The notes below the pieces were generated by a model, which made no database searches, was not told where the DNA came from, and was given only the letters and a program-made list of their open reading frames with translations. From positions 9,610,001 through 9,674,000 of the forward strand of contig CM120646.1 of assembly GCA_051362555.1 (NCBI GenBank): DNA of 64,000 nt, written 5' to 3'. Positions within the stretch are counted from its first letter, which is position 1, and the number at the start of each line of letters is the position of its first letter. Below, piece after piece: positions 1 through 10,366 of the stretch. The translations under genes and the position numbers were made by a program. This DNA is from Lingula anatina. Lineage: Eukaryota > Animalia > Brachiopoda.

Positions 1-100
1 GAATGAATAATTGAAGAAAACTCATAATTTTTAATGGCACAACTTGTAATGTATTGGGGAAATCAATTAATATCATATGGGTTTAAAATCAAAATATTAA

Positions 101-310
101 TTAACTTTTGTCAAGATTATCAAGCATAGCTTGGATGGAATCCCTTTTAGTAACCTCAGTCTTGTACTTTGAGTTTGCAACCACATGGTTCACTTTGAAA
201 GTAGCTCCAATAAGGTGCTCCTCTAATTGTTTGCTTAAGGTTGGTTGGTCTGGAAGCACAGATCCATCTTTAATGACCTTCAAGTCCATTTTGCAGCTAT
301 CCACAACTGG
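101..310 (-). CDS. Candidate terminal coding exon of an unidentified, possibly decayed gene (PVVDSCKMDLKVIKDGSVLPDQPTLSKQLEEHLIGATFKVNHVVANSKYKTEVTKRDSIQAMLDNLDKS*)
   Basis: Non-repetitive sequence, visibly more GC-rich than its flanks, open for 69 codons to TAA at 103-101. Minus-strand acceptor-like CGACTTCCAG ends at 311 and ATTAAA lies downstream (35-30). No protein family recognised. Confidence 0.3.
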   Translation of the reverse strand, partial: PVVDSCKMDLKVIKDGSVLPDQPTLSKQLEEHLIGATFKVNHVVANSKYKTEVTKRDSIQAMLDNLDKS

Positions 311-420
311 CTGGAAGTCGTGTTTAATTTGCATAAATTAATAACAGAAAACTATTTTTGTCAACCTTAAACTGAAAGCTATACTTCTTGTTTGTTTCAG
401 TATTTTAGGCCACACTTTTT

Positions 421-1626
421 ATGTACAGACACAGATGTGTCTGTACATATTGCCATCACCTGCGTCTGTCGTCGCCGTCGTCGCCGATGGCGATGCCGAT
501 GCCGATGCCGATGCCGTCGCCGTGCACTTTCCTTGTAAACACCATAAGTGGAAGGCAGTTTTACTTTTTGGCTTTATATTTACAGAGCTGATGAATATTC
601 ATAAAACGCAGGTCAAGTTCGAAAATCAGCATGATCGGGCCATTATTGTAGAAGTTATGCTGTTTTTTCACTTTTCAGCATATATGCAACCTTGTAAACA
701 CATTTTAAGGAAAACCGTTTGGCCTGTTGTCATGAAACTCACAGGAGTAATCAATCTTACTAAAACGCAGGGCAAGTTCGAAAATCAGCATGATCGGGCC
801 ACTATTTTAGTAGTTATGCGTTTTTTTCATTGTTCAGCATATATGCAACACTGTAAACACAATATAAGAAAAACAGAAAGCCCAATTGTCATTAAACTCA
901 CAGGAACGGTCAGTCTTACTAAAACGCAGGTTGAGTTCGAAAATCAGCATAATTGGGGCATTATTTTAGAAGTTATGCTGTTTTTTCACATTTCCTCAGA
1001 TTTCCTCAGATTTAATTCTTAGGCATGTTAATAGCCTTATTATTTAAGTAATAAGATACGTAAAAGTGTTTGTTTGACATTTCCTGAATCTTTACAACAT
1101 TGTTAGTTGATTATGTAAAAATGATGGTAAACTTGTTATCGTGTATTGTGTAATAAAGTGTCAAAAATGGAAATAAACTCATATCATTGCAGTTTGTCAG
1201 ATTCAATCATTCACTATGTTCAGAATCTCAGAATGGAAGAAATTGGACATTTAACACTGTTCTATTGATATTCTTCACATCTCATCAATTTTCTTAGTTG
1301 ATCTTATAAAAATGGCAGTAACCTATTAATTTTGTTTTATGTTAAAAAAGTGTTAAAAATGGAAATAAACCCATTTCAGAACAGTGCAGTCTTGTTTACA
1401 TTTTGGCATTTTTAAGGCGTGACTTTGAAGTTCCATCGGCCTAAAAACATTTGTTAGTCATGTTTACTATTTGTCCATGATACTAATATTTTATTATGAA
1501 AAATTGATGATCATTATGCTGTTAAACATTATGTAATATTGCATCAAAATTTGAAAAAAACCTATTTTGGGCACTGCTCCCATGATGACCATTTAAGAAA
1601 AACCATGTCACTTACTGTTCTCAAAC
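421..1626 (+). mobile_element. HINE/DINE-1-like non-autonomous Helentron, copy 1 (3'-truncated)
   Basis: 5' palindrome ATGTACAGACACA-GA-TGTGTCTGTACAT (421-448), (GTCGCC/GATGCC)n microsatellite, three 159-bp internal repeats (ACGCAGG motif at 606, 765, 924). Colinear with the other copies until ...TTACTGTTCTCAAAC at 1626; the 3' terminus is missing. Confidence 0.8.
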
Positions 1627-1638
1627 AGTACAGTTAAT

Positions 1639-3406
1639 ATGTACAGATGTGTCTGTACATATTGCCATCACCTGCGTCTGTCGTTGCCATCACTGTCGCT
1701 GTCGCCGGCGCCATGCACTTTCATTGTAAACATGATAAGTGGAAGGCAGTTTTACTTTTTGGCTGTATATTTACAGAGCTGATGAATATTCATAAAATGC
1801 AGGTCAAGTTCGAAAATCGGCATGATCGGGCCATTAATGTAGAAGTTATGCTGTTTTTTCACTTTTCAGCATATATGCAACACTGTAAACACATTTCAAG
1901 GAAAACCGATAAGCTTTTTGTCATGAAACTCACAGGAGTAATCGATCTTACTATAACGCAGGTCAAGTTCGAAAACCGGCATGATCGGGCCACTATTTTA
2001 GTAGTTATGCTTTTTTTTTCACTTTTCAGCATATATGCAACACTGTAAACACAATATAAGAAAAACAGATAGGCCAATTGTCATTAAACTCATTCCTGCT
2101 AAAGCGCAGGTTGAGTTCAAAAATCAGCATAATCGGGCCATTATTTTAAAGAAATGCAGTTTTTTCACATTTCCTCAGATTTAATTCTTAGGCATGTAAA
2201 CAGTTTCATTATTGAACTAATAAGATACGTAAAAGTGTTTGTTTGGCATTTCCTGCAATTTTACAACATTATTAGTTGATTATGTAAAAATGATAGTAAA
2301 CTTGTTATCGTGTATTGTGTAATAAAGTTTCAAAAATGGAAATAAACTCATATCATTGCAGTTTGTCAGATTCAATCATTCACTATGTTCAGAATCTCAG
2401 AATGGAAGAGATTGGACATTTAACACTGCTCTGTTGATATTTTTCCCATCTCATCAATATTCTTAGTTGATAATATAAAAACGGCAGAAAACTGTTAATT
2501 TTGTTTTATGTTAAAAATTGTTAGAAATGGAAAAAAAAAAAAACATTTCAGAACAGTGCTGTCTCGTTTACATTTTGGCATTTTCAAGTTGTGACTTTGA
2601 AGTTCCATGAGCCTGAAGACCTTTGCTAGTCACATTTTCTGAATATCCATAATACTAATATTTTATTATTAAAGTTGATGGTCATTATGCTGTTAAACAT
2701 TATGTAATATTGCATCAAAATTAAAAAAAAAAAAACTATTTTGGGCACAGCTCCCATGATGACCATTTAAGAAAAACCATGTCATTTACTGTTCTCAAAC
2801 TTACAGGAAAGAAACATGGGACTAAAATACAGCTTCAGTAGGAAATACAGTCTGTTTAGTAATTCTTACTGCCAGTTAAACAGTTATTTTGTGAAAATTT
2901 CATTTTTCACATATTGGCATTTTCAAGGTGTGACTTTGAAGTTCCACGGGCTTGAAGACCCATGCTAGTCACATTTTCTGAAAATCCATGATACGTATAT
3001 TTTATTATTAAAAATTGACGGTCATTATGCTGTTAACCATTATGTAATATTGCATCAGAATAGAAGAAAACACAATTTTGGGTGCTGCTGCCATGATGAC
3101 CATTATGGGAAAACCATGTTACTTATGATTGCCAAACTTTCAAAAAAGAAATACAGGACTAAAATGCAGTCTGAGTTGGAAAAGCAGTCTAAGTGACTTC
3201 TTTTTCTGGAAGTTATACATTTTCAAAGTGTAAACTTGTCACATATTTTAATTACATTGGTATTACCTGTTGAGGATAATTAAAATTTGATGTTGAATTT
3301 GCAGTTTAACATAATGTACTTTTGCATCAGAATTGACAGTAGCCTATTTTGTGCATAGTTATTTCCTGTTTTTTGTCTGTACATTTGACAGCTTTGCTGC
3401 CTTGTT
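1639..3406 (+). mobile_element. HINE/DINE-1-like non-autonomous Helentron, copy 2
   Basis: 5' palindrome with a 6-bp deletion (ATGTACAGATGTGTCTGTACAT), microsatellite, 159-bp and ~340-bp internal repeats, 3' subterminal IR TGTCTGTACAT, short hairpin CAGC-TTT-GCTG and terminal CCTTGTT. Confidence 0.85.
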
Positions 3407-3456
3407 TATTTTTATGGATGACATCCTGCGCGCGCACCGATTTTCGTCCGTTCTCC

Positions 3457-3504
3457 AAAAAAAAAAAAAAAAAATCCCCCCCCCAAACCCCCCCCTAAGC
3501 CCCC

Positions 3505-3550
<46 letters not shown>
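3457..3550. repeat. Compound simple repeat: A18, three poly-C runs, (CA)n
   Basis: A-run 3457-3474, C-runs 3476-3521 interrupted by AAA and TAAG, (CA)n to 3550. Lies inside the Harbinger-like element. Confidence 0.95.
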
Positions 3551-3551
<1 letters not shown>

Positions 3552-3667
3552 GGAAGGCGGTTGTCGTAAACATCGTTATTGAATTTGCCGGAAAATGCAA
3601 TCGGCAATTCTCGGCTAATTCCGCAAGCTCCATACTGTCATTGACGACTGCGGAGACATCCGAGTAG

Positions 3668-3722
3668 TTCCGCGTGCGGAAAATGAGCTTTCTGCGCATG
3701 CGTATTATCACCACGTGGAAAT
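3668..3722 (+). promoter_or_regulatory. Possible promoter motifs in the CpG-rich interior of the TIR element
   Basis: Dyad TTCCGC-GT-GCGGAA (3668-3681), NRF1-like TGCGCATGCGT (3693-3703) and E-box CCACGTGG (3711-3718) directly upstream of ATG 3723. Motif matches only. Confidence 0.25.
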
Positions 3723-3953
3723 ATGGCCGTTTTGCCGTCAACTTCATCTCTAGCATTAATTTCAAAATACACGACAGTTAAAGTCATAAAGAGAACGGGG
3801 GCCGTCGTTTTGGATTGGTTTGCCATTGATATTGGACATGAAGATATCACCCTTTTACAATTATACGAAAGGCTGGCCGCGGCCAGCGATCATCGCCCGG
3901 AAAATTTCAGTGACATTCTGTCCAAAGCAGCACATACAAGGTTTTTTTTGTAG
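3723..3953 (+). pseudogene. Possible remnant 5' end of an element-encoded gene (76-aa ORF)
   Basis: True ATG, non-repetitive, protein-like amphipathic pattern (TTVKVIKRTGAVVLDWFAIDIGHEDITLLQLYERLAA) in the GC/CpG-rich interior of the element. No family recognised. Confidence 0.25.
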
Positions 3954-4896
3954 CGAAAAAAGGGTCGACAAGAGCGTCATGGTATTTGGTGGACTGAAGG
4001 TCGGACAGGCCACCCGATAGTTGGCTGCTACGTGTGAGTCGAAGTAGACAAAATGGCATCGACCGAAATTACCTTAGTAGTAAGAAGCATAGGCCTATCT
4101 TTGCTTCATTTTTTTAACAATTCTGTGAAGTGTTTACAATGCTTTAATTTTCTGAGAGTACATATAAAGACACGCTGTTTATTTGATATTTGTTTTATTG
4201 ATTGCTATACCAACAGAATGCATGAAATAACCTTAAATAGATTTGGTAATATGCAGCATATATATTCATGACTTTTTACCTTTCTACGAAGTAGGCCCTA
4301 TTCACAATGCTTTAATATTTTGGTAGCATGAATAAAGACATGTTGTTAGTTTGATACGTGTTTCTGTGGTAAATTAGTGTTTCCAGCTGTGTACTGAAAA
4401 CATAACTTTTCTTAAGCAGTTTTTTTTTTTTTTTTTGGACTGTTTTTTTTTTTTTCGCCCGCTCGCACCGACTTTGGGGTCCCCAGAGGATGTCATCCAT
4501 AAAAATAAAAAAGTGTGGCCTTATAGCAAAAACTTAAAACTTTTGAAAAGTACCGTAAGTTAAATCATTAGCACTAAATTTAATAAGTGACATAGTTATC
4601 ATAAATAAACTTAAAGAGCCTGACTTTTACCTTTACAGTTCCTATGTCAATGACTTTCATTTGGAAAAATAAACTCAGCTGATGATCAATTGTTTGTACC
4701 AATTTTCAGAAACTACACAGACCTAAGCTGTCATATTATAGTGAGGGATTACAATCAGCAACTCCTTTCATCTTGGGGAGTTTGGGGTTAATCGGTGCAT
4801 TTTCATGGGAGAAGCAATCATTATATACGGAAACTGAAAACTCTCTTTAATTCTGGAACCATAAAAGTTAGAGACCTTTTGTTTTTTTGCATTTTT

Positions 4897-7052
4897 ATGT
4901 ACAGACACAGATGTGTCTGTACATATTGCCGTCACCTGCGTCTGTCGTCGCCGATGGCGTTGCTGATGCCGTCGCCAGCGCCGTGCACTTTCCTTGTAAA
5001 CACGATAAGTGGAGGGCAGTTTTACTTTTTGGCTTTAAATTTACAGAGCTGATGAATATTCATAAAACGCAGGTCAAGTTCGAAAATCGGCATGATTGGG
5101 CCATTATTGTAGAAGTTATGCTGTTTTTTCACTTTTCAGCATATATGCAACCCTGTAAACACATTTTAAGGAAAACCATTAGGCCTGTTGTCATGAAACT
5201 CACGGGAGTAATCAAACTTACTAAAACGCAGGTTAAGTTCGAAAATCGGCATGATCGAGCCACTATTTTAGTAGTTATGCTGTTTTTTCATTTTTCAGCA
5301 TATATGCAACACTGTAAACACAATATAAGAAAAACAGATAGGCCAATTGTCATTAAACTCACAGGAGTGGTCAATCTTACTAAAACACAGGTTGAGGTCG
5401 AAAATCAGCATAATCAGGCCATTATTTTAGAAGTTATGCTGTTTTTTCAAATTTCCTCAGATTCATGTTAACAGTCTTATTATTTTACTAATAAGATACA
5501 TGAAAGTGTTTGTTTGACATTTCCTGCATCTTTACAACATTGTTAGTTGATTATGAAAAAATGACTGTAAACTTGTTATCGTGTATTGTGTAATCAAGTT
5601 TCAAAAATGGAAATAAACTCATATCATTGCAGTTTGTCAGATTCAATCATTCACTATGTTCAGAATCTCAGAATGGAGGAAATTGGACATTTAACACTAT
5701 TCTGTTGATATTTTTCCCATCTCATCAATTTTCTTAGTTGATCATATAAAAATTGCAGTAAACTGTTTATTTTGTTTTATGTTAAAAAAGTGTTAAAAAT
5801 GGAAATAAACCCATGTCAGAACAGTGCTGTCTTGTTTCACATTTCCTCAGATTCAATTCTTAGGCATGTTAACAGTCTCATTATTTAACTAATAAGACAT
5901 GTAAAAGTGTTTAGTTGACATTTCCTGCATCTTTACAACATTATTAGTTGATTATGTAAAAATGATGGTAAACTTGTTATCATGTATTGTGTAATAAAGT
6001 TTCAAAAATGGAAATAAACTCATATCATTGCAGTTTGTCAGATTCAATCATTCACTATGTTCAGACTCTCAGAATGGAGGAAATTGGACATTTAACACTG
6101 TTCTATTGATATTTTTCCCATCTCATCAATTTTCTTAGTTGATCATATAAAAATGGCAGTAACCTGTTAATTTTGTTTTATGTAAAAAAAATTTCAGAAC
6201 AGTGCTCTCTTGTTTACATTTTGGCATTTTCAAGTTGTGACTTTGAAGTTCCATGGGCCTGAAGACCTTTGCTAGTCACATTTTCTGAATATCCATAATA
6301 CTAATATTTTATTATTAAAATTGATGGTCATTATGCTGTTAAACGTTATGTAATATTGCATCAAAATTTGAAAAAAAAAAAAACTATTTTGGGCACTGCT
6401 CCCGTGATGACCATTTAAGAAAAACCATGTCACTTACTGTTCTCAAACTTGCAGGAAAGAAACATGGGACTAAAATACAGCTTCAGTAGGCAATGCAGTC
6501 TGTTTGGTAATTCTCACTGCCAGTTTCACAGTTTTTGTGAATATTTAATTTTTCACATATTGGCATTTTCAAGGTGTGACTTTGAAGTTCCACGGGCTTG
6601 AAGACCCATGCTAGTCACATTTTCTGAAAATCCATGATACATATATTTTATTATTAAAAATTGACGGTCATTATGCTGTTAACCATTATGTAATATGGCA
6701 TCAGAATAGAAGAAAACACAATTTTGGGTGCTGTTGCCATGATGACCATTATGGGAAAACCATGTTACTTATGATTGCCAAACTTTCAAAAAAGAAATAC
6801 AGGACTAAAATGCAGCCTGAGTTGGAAAAGCAGTCCAATTGGCTTCTTTTTCTGGAAGTTATACATTTTCAAAATGTGAACTTGTTACTCATTTAACTTA
6901 CATTGGATTTACCTGTTGAGCATAATTAAAATTTGATGTTGAATTTGCAGTTTAACATAATGTACTTTTGCATCAGAATTGACAGTAGCCTATTTTGTGC
7001 ATAGTTATTTCCTGCTTTTTGTCTGTACATTTGACAGCTTTGCTGCCTTGTT
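4897..7052 (+). mobile_element. HINE/DINE-1-like non-autonomous Helentron, copy 3 (both termini present, internal ~390-bp duplication)
   Basis: Starts TT-ATGTACAGACACAGATGTGTCTGTACAT and ends TGTCTGTACATTTGACAGCTTTGCTGCCTTGTT. The segment beginning TTTCCTCAGATTC occurs twice (~5452 and ~5842). Confidence 0.88.
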
Positions 7053-7253
7053 TGTAGAACTTGTCAAATGAAATACTGGAGGTGGTGTCCTTTTTTTTTT
7101 GTTTTCGATGTGGTTTTTTCATTGCACTATATATAAAAATACAATGTTGCAATATTCAGTGGTGAAAATGAAATGTGAATTATGAACTGCACTTTGCAAG
7201 TTTTCCAATCTTCATGTCTCCAAAACTGTCAAAGATACACCCATAATTAATAC

Positions 7254-7569
7254 CTTTTGCGTTACACGTGACTGGCCTTATTTTTCGAGTGTGGTACATT
7301 ATTGGAGCGCAATATTCTGAACTTCTTTGTTCCGCGTTATTAATTGGTATGAATTCATCAACGTGATTCGTAAAAAATGTTTAATTAGCATTAGAGGAAT
7401 TTGTTCTAGAAAGTCCCAAACTTTGTATCATGATTGTAGGGCAATCATTCACTGGAGATAAATTCAACAAACTCTTCAAACAAGGCAGGTAGAAAAGTGG
7501 AAATGACGATTCATGTCATTCAACATATGAAATTAATTATTCTGGGAATGTTATGAATTCTTTGCATTC
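7254..7569 (-). pseudogene. Possible decayed coding exon
   Basis: On the minus strand, bounded by CTTGCAG| (ends 7570) and AAG|GTATTA (7253). Hand translation gives 105 codons with 3 stops (TAA, TGA, TAA), each one C>T change from Gln or Arg. Weak; no homology recognised. Confidence 0.18.
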
Positions 7570-7611
7570 CTGCAAGTATAGCAATTTTCTATCTTGATGA
7601 ATGGCGATAGC

Positions 7612-7697
7612 TTTTAATTCCTCGTGATTGGTGATTGACCTGAATATATCTTCTTGATTGGTGATTGACCTGTTTTAATTCTTCGTGATTGGTGATT
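7612..7697. repeat. ~30-bp minisatellite, ~2.8 copies
   Basis: TTTTAATTCCTCGTGATTGGTGATTGACCTG / AATATATCTTCTTGATTGGTGATTGACCTG / TTTTAATTCTTCGTGATTGGTGATT; the third copy stops abruptly. Confidence 0.9.
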
Positions 7698-8660
7698 AAG
7701 GGGGAGTATTTCTTACCCTCATTGAACTTGAATAGGATGTCATATACTGCCAATCTAACTGTGATCCTGAAATTGACCTTTGAACTTATTTTCACCATGA
7801 ACTGAGCTTTGCAAATTTTCTATCCCTTATATCTCGAAAACTGGCGATATTTTCACTTTTTTTCAAACTTACTGTTCTTTTTCCAGATGAGCCTTTCCAT
7901 TAGACACAATCCACTTTTAAATCCAACTTTATCAAAATTATTAATGTTTAGCTATTTAAGTCTGATAAATTTATCACTTTTTAAAATTTAATTTCCATTT
8001 TTTTTAAAAATACATTGTACATTTCTCTTCCAGGTGACCTTTTCCATACAGTGTGGGGGCTTTTTTGGTGAACTGATTCTTCCTGTCTGGTCATGGCTAA
8101 TTCCTATAGAAAAAACAGACAGCAAAAGACAACAGCAAGAGCAATGCTATGTCTCATCCATGTGTACAATAGATGGTAGGCAAGCTTAAGGACATTGTCA
8201 AATGGTGTGCTAAACCCCAATTCCAAACACAAATTGTAAGGAGGAATCTGCATCTGGTATTGGTAGTAAGGAGATGTCTTAAATGGGTATATATTCTTTT
8301 CCAGAGAAAAATTATGGGTAATTTGTCACCTCTTACACAAACAAACTCAAATCATAATATTTGATGTTTAATGTGAGTCTAATTAGATGTTGTGAAATTG
8401 AAAAAAAAATATTGTAGATAATTCTCACTCTTCGCATACAAAATGTCAAACAACTACAATTCTATCACACACTGTCAACTGTTAAGCTTATCACAGATTT
8501 TTGTTATTGTTAAGCATCATCTCTCCAAATTTCACAAATATTGAACAAGTTTTGTGAAAATTACTAACATTTAACTATTTTAAGGCACCGCATTTGGCAG
8601 TCTTTTCAATGTCATTTTCAGTTTTTCTCAAATTTATATGTTCTGAAAATATCCTTTTTA

Positions 8661-8853
8661 ATGAGACACAGTCAACTGATGAGCTTATCACAGATTTTTA
8701 TTGTTGTTATGCATCATCTATCCAAATTTCACAAATATTAGACAAGATTTGTGAAAATTATTAACGTTTAACTATTTTAAACCATGGAATTTTGCAGTCT
8801 TTGCAATGTCATTTTCAATTTTTTCACATTTATATGCTCTGAAAATTTTTTTC
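8661..8853. repeat. Representative ~193-bp monomer of the array
   Basis: ATGAGACACA landmark at 8661, 8854, 9049, 9243 (periods 193, 195, 194). Length varies with an internal A-run. Confidence 0.95.
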
Positions 8854-10366
8854 ATGAGACACATTCAACTGATGATCTTATCACAGATTTTTATTATTGT
8901 TATGCATCATCTGTCCAAATTTCACAAATATTAGACAAGATTTGTAAAAATCATTAACGTTTAACTGTTTTAAGCCATGGAATGTGGCAGTCGTTTCAGT
9001 GTTATTTTCAGTTTTCTCAAATTTATTGTCCAAAAAAAAATCTTTTTCATGAGACACATTCAACTGATGAGCTTATCACAGATGTTTATTGTTGTTATGC
9101 TTCATCTATCCAAATTTCACAAATATTAGACAAGATTTGTGAAAATTATTAACGTTTAACTATTTTATACCATGGAATTTGGCAGTCTTTTCAGTGTCAT
9201 TTTCAGTTTTCTCACATTTATTTGCTCTGAAAAATGTTTTTCATGAAACACAGTCAACTGATGAGCCTATCACATTTTTTTATTATTGTTTTGCATCATC
9301 TGTCCAAATTTCACAAATATTGGACAAGATTTGTGAAAATTATTAACATTTAACTATTTTAAGGCACCGCATTTGGCAGTCTTTTCAATGTCATTTTCAG
9401 TATTTCTCAAATTTATATGTTCTGAAAATATCCTTTTTATTAGACATAGTCAACTGTTTAGGTTAAGTTTATCAAAATTATTGTTCAACTATTTTAGTGT
9501 GGGAAATTTTTCAATTTTTAGAATTTAATTTTCACTTTTATCAAACATATTGTTCTTTTTCCAGGTGACCTTTTCCATACAGCGTGATGGCTTTTTTGGT
9601 GAACTGATTCTTCCTGTCTGGTCAGGGCTAATTCCTATAGAAAAAACAGACAGCAAAAGACAACAGCAAGAGCAATGCTATGTCTCATCCATGTGTACAA
9701 TAGATGGTATATGGCAAGCTTTAGGACATTGTCAAATGGTGTGGTAAACCTCAATTCCAGAAACCGATTGTAAGGAGGAATCTGCATCTGGTATTGGTAG
9801 TAAGGAGATGTCTTAAATGGGTATATATTCTTTTCCAGAGGAAAATTATGGGTAAATTGTCACCTCTTACACAAACAAACTCAAATCATAATATTTGATG
9901 TTTAATGTGAGTCTAATTAGATTTTGTGAAATTGAAAAAAAAAATATTGTAGATAATTCTCACTCTTCGCATACAAAATGTCAAACAACTACAATTCTAT
10001 CACACACTGTCAATTGTTAAACCTATCACAGATTTTTGTTATTGTTAAGCATAATCTCTCCAAATTTCACAAATATTGAACAAGTTTTGTGAAAATTATT
10101 AACGTTTAACTATTTTAAGGCACCGCCTTTTGCAGTCTTCTCAGTGTCATTTTCAATTTTCTCAAATTTATTGTCCAAAAAAATCTTTTTAATGAGACAC
10201 AGTCAACTGATGAGCTTATCACAGATTTTTATTGTTGTTATGTATCATCTATCCAAATTTCACAAATATTAGACAAGATTTGTGAAAATTATTAACGTTT
10301 AACTATTTTAAGCCATGGAATTTTGCAGTCTTTGGAATGTCATTTTCAGTTTTTTCACATTTATAT

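Larger units (their letters stand above)
408..4520. mobile_element. Non-autonomous PIF/Harbinger-like TIR element (~1.13 kb once the nested HINEs are removed)
   Basis: Right end 4487-4520 AGGATGTCATCCATAAAAATAAAAAAGTGTGGCC is the reverse complement of GGCCACACTTTTT (408-420) joined to TATTTTTATGGATGACATCCT (3407-3427). TTA flanks both sides (405-407, 4521-4523). GGC termini with a TWA TSD are the PIF/Harbinger signature. No transposase seen. Confidence 0.85.

Noticed and set aside
3333-3765. Pro/His-Thr and Gly/Cys-Val ORFs
   Set aside because: Translations of the poly-A, poly-C and (CA)n tracts.
3405-4509. Stand-alone MITE with 23-bp TIRs
   Set aside because: No TSD at these ends. The TIR continues at 408-420 and the TTA TSD fits the larger 408-4520 boundaries.
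435-5471. 195-, 133- and 194-aa ORFs (MCLYILPSPASVV...) as repeat proteins
   Set aside because: They lie in the HINE 5' region and stay open because the microsatellite period is a multiple of 3 and the internal repeat is 159 bp (53 codons). They are disrupted in copies 2, 4 and 5 and show no Rep or helicase motifs.
7628-7692. Three reverse CCAAT boxes as a promoter
   Set aside because: Explained by the 30-bp minisatellite; no supported gene start nearby.
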